From NCBI RefSeq assembly GCF_018350175.1, contig NC_058368.1, forward strand, positions 89,344,001 through 89,408,000: 64,000 nt of DNA, given 5' to 3'. The notes beneath the pieces were generated by a model. It worked only from the letters and a program-made list of their open reading frames with translations. It made no database searches and was not told where the DNA came from. This DNA comes from Felis catus. Its lineage: Eukaryota. Shown here piece after piece: positions 24,433 to 38,459 of this stretch. The translations under genes were made by a program, and so were the position numbers. The first letter of the stretch is position 1, and every line of letters begins with the position of its first letter.

Positions 24433-26945
24433 AAGTGACTGCTGTAAGTGATGGACCTTGCCCTGGTGGCCCAACCTGCTTTATGGTCCCTGCAAGGCCA
24501 GGTGACTTAGATCCATGGGCACCCTCTAGTCTGTATGCTAAGGAACCATTTAAGGGTCTGTTGTCAGGGAACTAGCTCATGCAATTCACAAGCATCTGGG
24601 ACTAATGGGTGGGGTCAGAAGGACCCAAGCTAAGCCAGTCCTTGCTTTCAGAGACCTGAACACCTAACAGATCTTAGGATCCCAAAGGATGGGAGAGAAA
24701 ATTGCATACAATCACACATACCCTCACACCAGCATTGTGACATCCAAAGTCACTACATTGCCTTGTTGACCAAAAGAGAACATCTCAATGTGTGATTGTT
24801 ACTGTAACTGTTGTTATATTTCTTCAGATATATAGATGTCTATGTAGTTATTAACTCTGCAAACACATACTTTGATAGACACACAATCACATTCACAAAC
24901 ACAAAAGCTGAAAATATACACACAGCCACTCGTACAGTCCCCAGACCTGGCCCTACAGGCACCTCCACCAGACACCCACCTTCTGTGACCCGTAATACGT
25001 GTTGCAATACTTCAGCACAGTTGTTATGTGACCTTAAAGGTAACTGTGATACTCAGTCCAAAAGCCATATAAGCCCAGATAATATCAGGGCTTGACGATA
25101 ACATTAGGCAATTTAATTAGCAAGTGAGTGTTAAAATAAAGCCGGGGGGGGGGGGTCCTTGTGGAAATGAGTAGTATTCAAATACATGGATTGGCTGCAG
25201 TGTTCTAGAACTTCTCCATATATGAACACAACATAGGATTCACCCTCTGGAAAGATACAATTATACTGTAGGCTGGACACTTATATGATCCTGACCCAGG
25301 CCCATAGGACAATGGATTCAGATTTCCTGGTGCTATGTCTGCTGTGTCTGCCTCTAGAACAGTGTCATGCCTCCCCTGTAAGACCCCTGTATTCAAAGTG
25401 TGCTTGGAGCATCATAAACCCCAGAGCACAGAAACCCCATGACACTTGCAGACCAGGTTATTCAATTGTCACTGTCCCTACATGCCAACATATCTGTCTA
25501 AACAGATTCATCTAGCCAGTTAGCTAGGTAGTGGGGGAGGAAAACCATGATCCTCACCTAAATGTGGAGTGGCTAATATTTAACAACAAATGAAAAATAG
25601 GGTATTACCAAATTGACCTACGTCTGTTTGCAATACCTAAACCTACGCATGTGCTGATAAAACTGCTCTCCAAAATCCACACAAACCCCTGCCCCCTCAA
25701 TCTGAGATATAAACATACATGCACACATTCCTCACACATTTAAACACACCTGATCACCCAGTCTAGCAGAAACCTTCACTACTACTTGTGCTCTTGCACT
25801 CAGACTGGAGGAGTCAAGAATGAGCTAAGCCATCCTAGAAATGAGCTCAGAGTTTGTATTTCCATCTCCTCATCCCCCTTCCCTGGGTAGCACTAAACAG
25901 GAAACTGCCCAAAACCCCCTCCCAGAAGCCCACCCAAACAGAAGCTTGGGAACAATTAGCCAAGGGAATAACACCCCACCAGGGCACAGGCTGAGCAGAC
26001 CTTGGCACCAGGGTCCTCTGCTGTTGGCACACATTTGACAAGTTCCAGGAAGGGTATATCAGGGGCATGTTTGTGCTCTGTGCATTCCCATGCTGATATT
26101 AGTTGCATCTGTAAAATTATAAGTGTTGTTTTGTGTTTCAAAATCCCATAGCCTTTGGTCTCCTTACTCAAGGGAGACTATACTTTGGCGTTTAAAAGGG
26201 GTTTAGGCATGTGTGAGAACACATGGCTGTCACTGTGGCAGAGGATGTACATATCACTCTGTATCATCATTAAGGGGTATTGGAAGGTAGCCATGATAAA
26301 TGCTATTGTCCTGGGCTTTCCTCTCATGTACAGGTCAAGAATCTCCTTTCAGTTCTGTCCCAAGCTGCTCTCTGACCTGGGATTACAGTGCTCCTCCCTG
26401 AGTAAATGACCTCAGGCCAGGTGGATCCAGGCGTCTGAAGGCAGAGCTAGAAGCTGACAAGAAGGCAAAGCAGAAGTGGTCATGAACTTGGCTGGCTGGG
26501 CCTGAACCTGCCCCCTTGCACCTGAGGACAGCACTGTACTTGCTATTGCTCCAGAACCAGAGGCCCTGCTAAGTCCAGGTAGAAAGTCCCAATGATGGGA
26601 AACACCTCTGTCAATAGCTGGGCTCCTGTCCTCACCCACCTCCAAGTCCTCACAGCTCAGGCTAAATCCACATGTCGACAACAGGCAGAGGACAGGCGCC
26701 AAGGGTCCAAGGCATCTTCTCTTCTACTCAGTTGACCACGGAACCCTTTTCCACAATCGCCCGTTTTCTGTCTCCAATGTTGTGATCTGCAGGAGCCCCT
26801 CCAAGGCAGCCCGGGGCCAATCTGGAAGGCAGGCCCACAGTAACCAGGAGGCTCCGACAGAGGGCAGCATTACTTCCCATGGGCAGCCCGGATGAGGAGG
26901 TATTCACCCTGGACTGATTCACCCTCTCTGGGAGGCCAAAGACTC

Positions 26946-27581
<636 letters not shown>

Positions 27582-28855
27582 CTAATTTGGATCACAATTA
27601 GAACAGATCGACAAATACAATTTAAAAGACAACTGGAGAATTTCAAACACTAGGTATTGGAAAGAAGCATTACTTTTTCTAATTGTGATTATGGCTTTGT
27701 GGGGTTTTTTAAGTCTATCTTTAGAGATAACATACTGATATTTATGGAAATAACTTATCCATGATTTGCTTCCAAATAATCCAGTGGGAAGAAGCAGGTA
27801 GGGGCGTTTATAAAAATATCAGCTGAAGGTCTATGATGAGAACATAATATTCATTATGATCTTCTCTCTACTTTTGTATATATTTAATTTTTTTCATAAT
27901 AAAAACTTCAAATATGCACACTTGTCATAAGTACTATGTTCTAGGACTATTCTAGGCCCTGGGAATCCCACGGTTCAGTATCCCTGCCCTCCTGTAGCTT
28001 CCTTTCTGGGGGGAAGGAAAGAAGAGACAATAAATGGTAAACATGGACAATAAGAGGAGTCAGAAGAGAAGGCTGTAATTTCAATTAGAGTGGCCAGGGA
28101 AGGTGAAAAGGCCTAGGTATGCATTTGAGCAAAGACATAAAGGAGGTGAGGAAGCCAGGCATGTAGCTGTCTAGAGGAAGCATATTCAAGGCTGAGGCCA
28201 GCCAATGCAGTGCTCTGAGGTGGGGGTGTGCTTAGTGCATTTCAGAAACAGCAAAGAGCACTTGTTGTGGCTGCACAGAGTAAGCTAGAGGGAGAGCGTG
28301 CAGTGAGTTCAGAGCCTTTGAAGCCTTGAAGACCATAGAGAGGACATTATTGAATGAGAGGGGCTGTCCTAGGGTTCTGTGCAGAGGAGCGTCATGATCT
28401 GACTTGGTTTAGATCCTTCCATGGTAAATTCTGACATAGCTTGATCAATCATTAGCATCATGAATATGTGCCCCCCTCTGCCCTCCTGCAGAGTTGGATC
28501 CCACTCACCCCAGAGCTCTGCAGTAGTAAGAACCTCCTCCCTTCCTGTCTTCAATCTCTTCCTGCTTTGCCTGACCCCTGCACACAAGCCCTGTCCCCAG
28601 GAGAGGTCTCTGTTTGTCTGGAAGGGGGAATGGGGAGAGAGGCTCATCCAGGTGACTGGTCTGCAATTTATAGGCCTAAAGGTCCCACTGAGGCCTGAGG
28701 GAGCCAGAACTGGGAGGCAAGGATGAGGGGAGGGCAGAGGCAGGCAGGTAGAAGGAACCAGCCATTCACAAAGCCCAGAGAAACAATCATGGGGAGGCAG
28801 TGGATTCTCTACATGGCCAAATAATGGGAAATCACTATCACAAGAACCATCTTAC

Positions 28856-28891
28856 CTTTCTCCTCTTTCTCTAGCTCTCCACGAAGATCCT
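28856..28891 (-). CDS. TRIM7: TRIM7 coding exon 6, 36 nt
   Basis: cctcag|AGGATC...AAAG|GTAAG; EDLRGELEKEEK; keeps frame. Confidence 0.9.
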
Positions 28892-29372
28892 CTGAGGAGG
28901 AGAAACAAAGCAGGATATTCGTAAATGACTCAGAAGATTGTCTATCTGGCAATGATGGTGAATATCACCTCCTCTGACATTTACAGCCAGATACCCCGAA
29001 GGCTGAGAGTTGATGTGTAGACACTGGGTCAAGTGTGAGGGGTCAGGAAGGGGCAGTATCCTAGCTCTACCTCTTCCACTTCCCTCTCTTTTGCCTGAAC
29101 TAGTCTGAGCTGAGCTCTCCCTCCTCATCCTTCTTCTTGCCCCAGTAGCCCTCTACCCTGCCTGTCCCTGGGGGAATCTTTGTGCTCTAGGGAGCAGGGG
29201 CTGCTGAATGGATTTGCCACCACCATCTCCCTGCGCCAATCTGTCCTTGACACACCCTAGCTCCTATTTTCTAACAAACCTTCTGGAAAGACACATTCCT
29301 GGGCCCCCAAACTACCAGAAACACACCATGGCCACCAGCACTGCATGGCCCAACCCCAAGCACAGGCCCTAC

Positions 29373-29488
29373 CTTTGAACTTCTTGAGCAGCCCCTTTAA
29401 GACAAAGGTCTTGAGGGAAACATTCCAGACTTTATTCTTCATCTCAGAAGAGACTGTGGTTGGCTTGGGACCAGGCACATTGCTGCAT
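29373..29488 (-). CDS. TRIM7: TRIM7 coding exon 5, 116 nt
   Basis: ctgcag|ATGCAGC...AAAG|GTAGG; CSNVPGPKPTTVSSEMKNKVWNVSLKTFVLKGLLKKFK. Confidence 0.93.
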
Positions 29489-29780
29489 CTGCAGGACAAA
29501 GAGCCTGAGGAAGGCCCACAAACACTGTCCACTCCCACCAGGCTGTGACAATTAGGATGGTAAGGTCCTCTTGGTGGGGAGAGGTAGGAAAAGAGAGGCT
29601 GATCTTGCAGCAGAATATCCACAGCCAGGCAGGTGGACATTTGCCTTAGAAGGTACATAGGTAAGGCAGTGTGGGAATTGGGAGTGTGAGGTCAAGGATG
29701 AGGGGATGAAGAGAGAGAGCTCAGTGGAAAAGGAGAAGAGCCAGCTTGGAAAGACCTAAGGAAATCTTAGGTCCACTCAC

Positions 29781-29803
29781 CTGCTTAGTGTGTTTTTGAA
29801 TTC
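29781..29803 (-). CDS. TRIM7: TRIM7 coding exon 4, 23 nt
   Basis: tttccag|GAATTC...AGCAG|GTGAGT; EFKNTLS-R; same size as the matching TRIM41 exon. Confidence 0.92.
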
Positions 29804-29904
29804 CTGGAAAGAAAGATGAAAGAAAGCCAAATCAGCACGAGGTAACCTCCAGTTACTTTTGAGAAAATAAAACTGACCCCTTGTGCTGCTTCCAAAGGAA
29901 TATG

Positions 29905-30530
29905 CAACTTTTTTTATTTTTATTTTTTTAGTAGGCTCCACAAGCAGTTTATAGCCCAAGGTGGGGCTTGAACTCACAACCTTGAGATCAAGACCTGATC
30001 TGAGATCAAGAGTCAGAGGCTTGGCCAACCAAGGCACCCAGGGATCTAGGTACCCCCAGAGGAATAAGCAATAAGGTGTACTACCACTCCCTACTACCTT
30101 TATGGGCCCAGGTGTCAATGGCTTCCTGCTGTGGCTGGTTTCTGGATGTCTTATCAACTCTCTGCCCACAGCTTTGCAAATGCTCTCTTCATTACAGAAT
30201 CATCACTGGAGCTTTGTGCTGGGATCCAGTGTTGCCTACCCTCTCTACACCACCCCAGATAAGACACAGCTCTTATGCAATGACTGGTTACTCATACCAG
30301 CACCTTTCAAATGCCTATTCTTGACCAATTTGTGGATTGTGACTATTTATTTATTTTGAGAGAGCCCATGAGCAAGTGGGGGAAGGGCAGAGAGCGAGGG
30401 AGAGAGAATCTCAAGCAGGCTCCTTGCTGTCACTGCAGATCCATATGGGACTTGATCCCACCAACCATGAGATCATGACCTGAGCTGAAATCAAGAGTCT
30501 GAAGCTTAACCAAGTGAGCCACCCACCCCC
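29905..30530 (-). mobile_element. Two Can-SINEs in TRIM7 intron 3
   Basis: Reverse SINE motifs at 29905-30042 and 30345-30530. Confidence 0.8.
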
Positions 30531-31009
30531 CCCTTTTTAAAGTTTATTAATAATTTATTAGTAATATTAATAAATATTGAGAGAATGAGCAGGGGAAGGA
30601 GGGAGAGAGTGTGACTATTTATTTTAAAAGGAAATAGAATAGAAAATGTCAAAGTACATCCGGTGTAGTAAAGTATTATTTTATGAGACTTTTGGCATAA
30701 GGTTTACATCCTGGAATATGACATAAGCCTTGCATATAGCTCTTTGGAACTCCTTTCTGTCTGCTAGATTGGATGTTGCTCAATTCATGTCGTTGAGTAA
30801 AGCCAGTAAGATCTTTATTGTGACTCGAGGTCAAGAAATTTTTATCACAACTTTTTAGACCTTTAACCCCAGGAGAATCAGGGCAGTTTTCTCCAGTCCC
30901 CTTCTGCTTGAGTATGTGATTCTACTAAATTCACAGGATCTAACTCTGTTCTCACTGTTTATGAAGCCTTAGGATAAATGATCCATACCTCTGGCCAAGC
31001 CAGGCTCAC

Positions 31010-31240
31010 CTGGAGAAAGTCAAGGTCAGGCTTTCGAGATGTCTCCTGGATCTGGCTGCTGAGCTTGGAGAGCTGGGTGATTTCACCCTCAAGCTGAGCT
31101 ATGTTCTCATTTTGCTTCTGTGTCACCTCCCGTGACAGCTCCTCCAGGCGGCCCAGGAGCCGGCCCTCCTGCTCCACCAGGAAGGCCCGCAGAGCCTGGA
31201 ACTCTGCACCCACCTTCTCTCGCTCAGCTGCCATCTGCTT
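31010..31240 (-). CDS. TRIM7: TRIM7 coding exon 3 (coiled coil), 231 nt
   Basis: CAG|AAGCAGATG...CAG|GTGAG; KQMAAEREKVGAEF...KPDLDFLQ. Confidence 0.94.
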
Positions 31241-31628
31241 CTGTCTCAGGAGAGAAGTTGGAGAGGCAATGGGGCACAGGCATCAAGATGTGGCATTTGG
31301 ACAAGAGACTCTGAGCCATCCCACAGGACAAAGTTCCGTCCCCCTCACTGGTCAGGGGTCAGAGACTCAACTACACATACCCACCAAGCACAGCCTCTAA
31401 TTTAAATATCCCACCTCTGAATGCAGAGCAGCTTCAACACATGCTCTCATGTCCCCTGTCACAGATGTGCTCTCCCATCAATCTAGGACAACTTATACTT
31501 GCCTCAGAACCACCCTGGGCTGCAGTTTCCTCATTTGAAAAGTAGGAGGAATAAATTAGTGCCTCCTAGAGCCACTGCAAGAATTAAACTGAGGTCACTC
31601 CCTCCCACCCCCGAACACATTTATTTTG

Positions 31629-33528
31629 AGTTAAAAACCATCCTAAAATTTGTATGGAACCACAAAAGACCCCGCATAGCCAAAGTAATATTGAAGAAGA
31701 AGACTAAAGTGGGGCGTATCACAATCCCAGACTTTAGCCTCTACTACAAAGCTGTAATCATCAAGACAGCATGGTATTGGCACAAAAACAGACACATAGA
31801 CCAATGGAATAGAATAGAGCCTCCAGAATTGGACCCACAAAAGTATGGCCAACTAATCTTTGACAAAGAAGGAAAGAATATCCAATGGAAAAAAGACAGT
31901 CTCTTAACAAATGGTGCTGGGAGAACTGGACAGCAACATGCAGAAGAATGAAACTAGACCACTTTCCTACACCATTCACAAAAATAAACTCAAAATGGAA
32001 AAAGGACCTGAATGTGAGACAGGAAACCATCAAAATCCTAGAGGGGAAAACAGGAAAAAACCTCTCTGACCTCAGCCACAGCAATTTCTTACTTGACACA
32101 TCCCCAAAGGCAAGGGAATTAAAAGCAAAAATGAACTATTGGGACCTCATGAAGATAAAAAGTTTCTGCACTGTAAAGAAAACAATCAATAAAACTAAAA
32201 GACAGCCAACGGAATGGAAAAGATATTTGCAAATGACATATTGTACAAAGGGCTAGTATCCAAAATCTATAAAGAGCTCACCAAACTCCACACCCAAAAA
32301 ACAAATAATCCAGTGAAGAAATGGGCAGAAAACATGAATAGACACTTCTCTAAAGACATCCAGATGGCCAACAGGCACATGAAAAGATGCTCAATGTCGC
32401 TCCTCATCAGGGAAATACAAATCAAAACCACATTGAGATACCACCTCACGCCAGTCAGAGTGGCTAAAATGAACAAATCAGGAGACTATAGATGCTGGAG
32501 AGGATGTGGAGAAACGGGAACCGTCTTGCCCTGTTGGTGGGAATGCAAACTGGTGCAGCCACTCTGGAAAACAGTGTGGAGGTTCCTCAAAAAATTAAAA
32601 ATAGATCTACCCTATGACCCAGCAATAGCACTGCTAGGAATTTACCCACAGGATACAGGAGTGCTGATGCATAGGGGCACTTGTACCCCAATGTTTATAG
32701 CAGCATTTTCAACAATAGCCAAATTATCGAAAGAGCCTAAATGTCCATCAACTGATGAATGGATAAAGAAGATGTGGTTTATATATACAATGGAATACTA
32801 CTTGGCAATGAGAAAGAATGAAATGTGGCCTTTGGTAGCAACGTGGATGGAAGTGGAGAGTGTTATGCTAAGTGAAATAAGTCATACAGAGAAAGACAGA
32901 TACTATATGTTTTCACTTATATGTGGATCCTGAGAAACTTAACAGAAGACCATGGGGGAGCAGAAGGGGGAAAACAAAGTTAGAGAGGGAGGGAGGCAAA
33001 CCATAAGAGACTCTTAAAAACTGAGAATAAACTGAGGATTGATGGGGGGGTGGCAGGGAGGGGAAAGTGGGTGATGGGCATTGAAGAGGGCACCTGTTGG
33101 CATGAGCATTGAGTGTTGTATGGAAACCAATTTGACAGTAAATTTCATATTTAGAAAAAAAAAAAAAAAAGACAAAAGGCCCAAAATGGAGTCACTCACG
33201 CTAAGTCCCCCATCAGGAAACAGAGACTTAATTACAGTTTCAGTTCTCCCAGAAATAGAATCTTAAACCAGTCAATCAGGAGTCACCTGATCAGCATTAG
33301 TTGGGTAACTACCTGACAAGCAGGGAAAGTAACCTTGCAATAATCCATCTGCTTTTTGGCCCAGTATAACTTCCTTGTTCCTGCCCCCTACTGCCTATAA
33401 AATCTCTTGGCTTGCATAGCTTTTCAGAGCTCTTTTTCTATCTGCTAGATGGGATACTGCCCAGTACATGAATCACTGAATAAAACCAATAAGAACTGCA
33501 AATTTTACTCAGATTTTGTCCTTTAACA
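31629..33528 (+). mobile_element. Solo LTR in TRIM7 intron 2, split by an L1 insertion
   Basis: TTTG|AGTTAAA ... TTTAACA|TTTG with a 4-bp target duplication; the LTR body resumes at 33171. Confidence 0.7.
31636..33170 (+). mobile_element. 5'-truncated young felid L1 (ORF2 C-terminus, 3'UTR, poly-A), antisense to TRIM7
   Basis: ORF2 peptides [38 protein letters not shown] spread over three frameshifted ORFs; A-tail at 33155-33170. Confidence 0.95.
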
Positions 33529-33648
33529 TTTGTCACCCCTCCAACTTTCACTCTTCACTTCTTTTTAAAGATTGCACATACAATGCCAGGATGGTGGGGT
33601 CCTCTGTTGTCACCCAAAGAGGGCCCACCTGGAAAGTGCCCTGCTCAC

Positions 33649-33744
33649 CAGGAGCTCCTTGCTCTCCTTCTCTTCCGTGGAACGAAACACCTCATAGTCT
33701 TCCAGATCCTTCCTCAAGACCTTCAGCCTAGACTCCAGGAGCTC
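33649..33744 (-). CDS. TRIM7: TRIM7 coding exon 2 (coiled coil), 96 nt
   Basis: CAG|GAGCTC...CTG|GTGAG; ELLESRLKVLRKDLEDYEVFRSTEEKESKELL; phase 0-0. Confidence 0.93.
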
Positions 33745-34619
33745 CTGCAGGAGGGTGAGAAGGGAGACATTATGGGAAGAGGCCTCTGGAAACCCTACAT
33801 GTGCCTTCCCAGAGCCATCCAGGAGAAAGACAAGGCCCTATTAATTGAAGAGGAGGAGGCAAGGTTGAAGACCTGTCTGGACATCGGGATAGCTGACAGC
33901 CTGCACAGACGCACATAGGGGTACGGGGCAATTGAAAGGTGACACCAAAGACCTCAAGGTCTCACTTCCCCAACCATCTGTGCACAATCCTGGCTGAAAT
34001 GCAGGCCCTTTGGCAGCCCAACCTGCCTAGTTTTGTCCTCTGATCTCTTAATCACCATCAGAAAGACGTCTGGGAGGGAGTGCTGGAGCGGATTAAGGAG
34101 TAAAGAAAAACTGGGGGCTGTGTGCCTGAAGCCTCCGTGCACACCCCAGTAAGGAAGTGGGAAAGAGAAGTGCCTCAAACCCATATCTTTGACACAACCA
34201 AAGACAGCTTTTGGTGCTCTATTCAACCCAGAAGTCACCCACTGCCTTACCCCAACCTTTTTGGAAGGTCGTCCCACTCCAGGACGCGGGGACATTGCAC
34301 AGAGCCACGCCCAGGGAAAGGGCGGGGGCTGAGAATGGGGGCAGAGGAAGTGGGGGTGTGACGGAGACACCGCTAGAAGCCAAGGACAGACAGAAAATCG
34401 CGAAGTCTGGGGGCATCAATTAGGCGATCCAGTAGGGAGCCCAGAGGGAAGCTCGAGGTGGGTGGGAGGATGGTACTGGTTGTGTGTGGGTGACCCAGCG
34501 AGTGCTGCAATCAGTCCCAGAGCCAGTGGAACAAGAAGAAAGAGGCAGGGTCTCACCTGGGTATCCTGCCTGCCTGCCAGAGGTCTGCACTGTCTGCGAG
34601 GGAAGACAGGACCCGAACT

Positions 34620-35680
34620 GGGTCCTGAGGCTCTGCATGGGTGGGGCCCGCCCCCGCCCTCACCTTAGCTTCCTGCACAGCCTCGTCTAGCGGCAACACT
34701 GCGTGCGCTCGGTGTTCGCGGGCGCGGTCGCACACCACGCAAATGGCGCGTCCGTCGTCCTGGCAGTAGAGCTTGAGCGGTTCACCATGCTGTACGCACC
34801 CGGCCACCGCCGCCTCCGGGGGCCGGTGTTCTCCTGGCGCGGCCGCAGGCAGGCTGAAGCGCCGCAACAGCGTGGCCACTGAGGCCAGCTGCCTGTTGGG
34901 CCGCAGCTGGCCGGGACGCACGGGCTCTCTACACTGTGGGCAGGGCAGCGGACAAGGCAGCGCGCGCGGCACTGTGGTCGTTCCTGTGCCGGGGCGCTCC
35001 CAACAGCGCGCGATACAGGAGCGGCAGAAGCTATGACCGCACTCGACGGATACGGGCTCGCGGAAGAGCTCCAGGCAGATAGAGCATGTGGCCTCGCCCT
35101 GTAGCTCTGCCGCCAGTGCCAGCGCCTCGGCCCCGGAGCCGGGGCCAGTCCGCGGCCCCACCGCCGCCATGCGCTTCCTTAGCGCACTTAAGTCCAGCAG
35201 TGCTGGAGAAGCCGAGGGACCCGACAGTTCGCGGCTCGGAGTGGGGAGGCCCAGTAGGGGCCTCCGAGCACCCACTAGGAGAGGAAGGGCGGGGCTGACG
35301 CCGGGCAGGCGGAGACGTAAGCTGAGGGCTGGCGGGGCCGGGAAGCGGAGAGAAGAATGAGAGTTGTGGGCGGGCCAGTCCGCACTGCTCGACTGGATCC
35401 AAGCGCCGGCCAGCTCCCTGCGCCTCTGCTCTGGGCCACTCAATCACTGGCTTTGGTCTGCGGCCTCCTCGGTCCCCTGGCGCCCTCTCTCTGTCGCCCC
35501 CCCTAGCCCAGCCCGTCAGCAGTCCTCTCTAAGCCACCCACAGCCTGGCCCAGGCAGCCGTGGGAAACAGGCCCGGACAGGTGGGAGCCCACACCCAGCC
35601 GGGCACAACTCGTCGTGGCCGCCTGAGGCCAACCCAGCAGGGCCAGGCCTTGGGCCTAGCGCCCGGGCCACAGTGTCAGG
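34620..35680 (-). promoter_or_regulatory. TRIM7 CpG island / promoter
   Basis: Dense CpG over exon 1 and upstream; GC boxes at about 35287 and 35368. Confidence 0.8.
34664..35170 (-). CDS. TRIM7: TRIM7 coding exon 1 (RING + B-box2), 507 nt
   Basis: Translates MAAVGPRTGPGSG...CSICLELFREPVSVECGHSFCRSC...CPQC...CVQHGEPLKLYCQDDGRAICVVCDRAREH...AVQEAK; ends at AAG|GTGAGG donor; lies in a CpG island. Confidence 0.96.
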
Positions 35681-35899
35681 TTCCCAGAGTGCAGGTTTGT
35701 CCTGGTCCTGTGCTGACCTAAATTTAGTGTCTGGAACCTGGGTCTTGCCCCCACCCCCAAGCCTGGCATAGTATCTATTTCCCACTGTTGTTCTCCCCCT
35801 TGTTTATTCTTTATTTAATTTTTGGCTTTGAATAAATAATACATTTACAATGAATTTTCCCACTTTAATCTCCCTCCCAAATAACTCAACCCTCTACTG

Positions 35900-37250
35900 T
35901 CCCTCCAGAACTACCTGATGTATTTGTTTCCACCCCCTTTCCTCATTCCCTCTGGAGGCCACTCAGGGCAGGCTTTAGCGACCACCCTCCTCAGAAACCA
36001 CTCTTGTCAAGGTCACCAGTAACCTCAGCAATCCTAACCTAAAGGCATAGGCTCCTTCTCCGGCCTCACCTCATCTGCCCTCTTCTCTGAGGCTTCCTCC
36101 TTGCTGACACTCTTGCCTGGCGCCTTCCAGGTTACTGTACTCCCTGGCTCTCCACCCACATCCCTGGCCTCCTACCTTTTTCTTGGTCTCGCTTGTGGTT
36201 TCCTCCTCCTCTCCCCGCACTTGCTCAGCCCTTGGACCTCCGTCTATTCTCACTTGTGATCTCTTCCATTTTCTTAGTTTGAAATACCCTCTCCTTGTGG
36301 ATGCCACAATACACATCCCCACCCAGGTTCCCTTAGGATGCCTGGCTCCCACATCCATCCCCAGGCAGCATGTCCTAAGGAATATCACTCCGCACTCACT
36401 GTATCCACAACTGTATTTCTAATCTGCTTCTCCACCTGTTCCTTCCACAGTCTTCCCCACTCCACCCCATTTAACAGCAACTCCATCCCTTCAGGTGCTG
36501 AGGCCAAACTGGGGAGTCCTCTATGACTCCCAAGAGGAATACATTGCCCACACTCCACCCTCAGTTCCTCAGTGTGTCCTCCCTCTCTCATGTCCTCCAC
36601 TGCACCATTTCCAATGATCTGATGATCACAATTCTCTCCCCTTCTGTCACATTGTTCTACCTTGTCTTCTCCACCCAGCTGTGAGAACAGTCCTGTTAAA
36701 ATGTTAAGTCAGATTAATGTTAAGTTCTCCTCTGCTCAAACACTCCATTGGCTCCCACTTCTCAAAGTCAAAGTCTTTACAGTCCTCCAAAGGTCCTATC
36801 CATTCTTTGACCCCATACCCTGCACCCAGCCTCTCTATCCGCATCTCTTGTCACTCTCCTCTGTTGACTCCTCTCTTTCCATATGGACCTCCTTGCTATT
36901 CCTGCACCATGCCAGCAAGATCCTATCTCAGGGCCTTTGAACTGGCTTTTACCATTACTTGGACTTCTCTTTTCCCATACTTGCATGGCTTACTTCTCAC
37001 CTCTTTCAAGCCTTGTTTCAAATAACCTCTCAGCGAAGCCTGCCCCCACTACACTGTTTAAAATCACACCTTACCGCACTTTAATCTTCAACGCGGGCTC
37101 TATTTTCTAACACTCTACTCCCTCCTCTGGAATTTGAGCTATTGAAGGGGATGACTGTGTCAGTTTTGTTCGCGGCTGGACCCCCAGATTTCTAGAGCAG
37201 TTCTTGGCACATAGTAAGCGATCGGTAAAGTTTTCTTGGAATGAACTGAT
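35900..37250 (+). mobile_element. L2-like fossil upstream of TRIM7
   Basis: Pyrimidine-rich; GTCAAGGTCACCAGTAACCTC and terminal TGGCACATAGTAAGCG...TGAATGAA-like motifs. Confidence 0.65.
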
Positions 37251-37677
37251 TTAACATTGTTCAAAATTCAGATATACACAGCACTTCACAGAGAAAAGTG
37301 TGTCCACTGTCTACGCTCGAGTCTCCTCCCCATCCCAAGCGATCAACTTTACAATTCTGAATTACTACACTCCCTTTCTTTTTGTTTAACAAACGTAGCA
37401 GTCTGCACACAGTCTTCTTTACTTCACTTTTTCGGATCACAGTTCATTTGGGGCATTGTGCCCAATGACTTCCCCCCCTGCCTTCAGGTGTTTACTCCGG
37501 CCCTGTTCTTCCAGCGAACGTCCCCTCAGTGGGGACAGTGGAGGACTCGGAAACACAGCTCCAAGCGCTACGGTACCGGCTTTGCAGCATCTGGGTTATC
37601 TCGCTCCGCCATTTGCGCAGCCTCTCTCTGTGCTAATATACAGTCAAGAGAGCATGTAGAGAGCTACTTGGCCAGGT

Positions 37678-37749
37678 GGGGATGTAGCTCAGTGGTAGAG
37701 CGCATGCTTTGCATGTATGAGGCCCCGGGTTCGATCCCCGGCATCTCCA
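37678..37749 (+). tRNA. tRNA-Ala(TGC)
   Basis: GGGGATGTAGCTCAGTGGTAGAGCGCATGCTTTGCATGT...GCATCTCCA; T5 about 24 nt downstream. Confidence 0.97.
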
Positions 37750-38182
37750 GCGCGGGTTTGCGTGAAAGCCTCTTTTTCATTAAGTTTTGAAACTAGGCGT
37801 GTTTGCAAAGCCTGGGGGACAAACTTCCTATCTTGGAGTTTGCACAGGTTGGAGGGGGCTACCGTGGGACCCACCTACTCGATTTCCCAGATACCACCTC
37901 TGAACTCCAGATTAAAGTAACAGAGTGAGCATGCCAGCGCCATAGAAAGAATGCCCCCTGCACTTTCGGGGAATGGAAAAAGTTTAGGTCGCGGGCAGAC
38001 CAGAGTAAACAGAAAACAGACTTAGGTGGGAGGGACAGTCAGGCATGATCTACAGGCTTTACGTTCCCCGGGCTAAGGAACCATTTGATTAGATCACAAC
38101 TTAAACCGACCCTTAAATTTGGAGCCGCAAACAGCCTGAACAGTACCTTGAAGTAAGAATTGTTGAGATACCTCCCCAGGCC

Positions 38183-38255
38183 GCCCGGCTAGCTCAGTCG
38201 GTAGAGCATGAGACTCTTAATCTCAGGGTCGTGGGTTCGAGCCCCACGTTGGGCG
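38183..38255 (+). tRNA. tRNA-Lys(CTT)
   Basis: GCCCGGCTAGCTCAGTCGGTAGAGCATGAGACTCTTAATCTCAGG...GGGCG; T run about 11 nt downstream. Confidence 0.97.
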
Positions 38256-38459
38256 CACAGCATGTCTTTTCTTGTATTTCAATTGATGACAACCGGTTCA
38301 CTACCTCTGTGTTCTGGGACAACAAAAACCTCATTCTGGAAATTTCCTGTGTGCAGCAGTCAATTGGCCTTTTTTTTGTAGCTATACCTTTGTTCATGGA
38401 TTAATTTATGCTTTACCGCTAGTAAAGTGAATTTTACATAAGTATATGTAAATTATTAG

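Noticed and set aside
31499..32933. ORFs of 123-239 aa in TRIM7 intron 2
   Set aside because: Frameshifted pieces of L1 ORF2, not a host gene
35171..35443. 91-codon in-frame extension upstream of the TRIM7 ATG in the ORF track
   Set aside because: Starts at a non-ATG codon in GC-rich DNA where stops are rare; homology begins at MAAVGP
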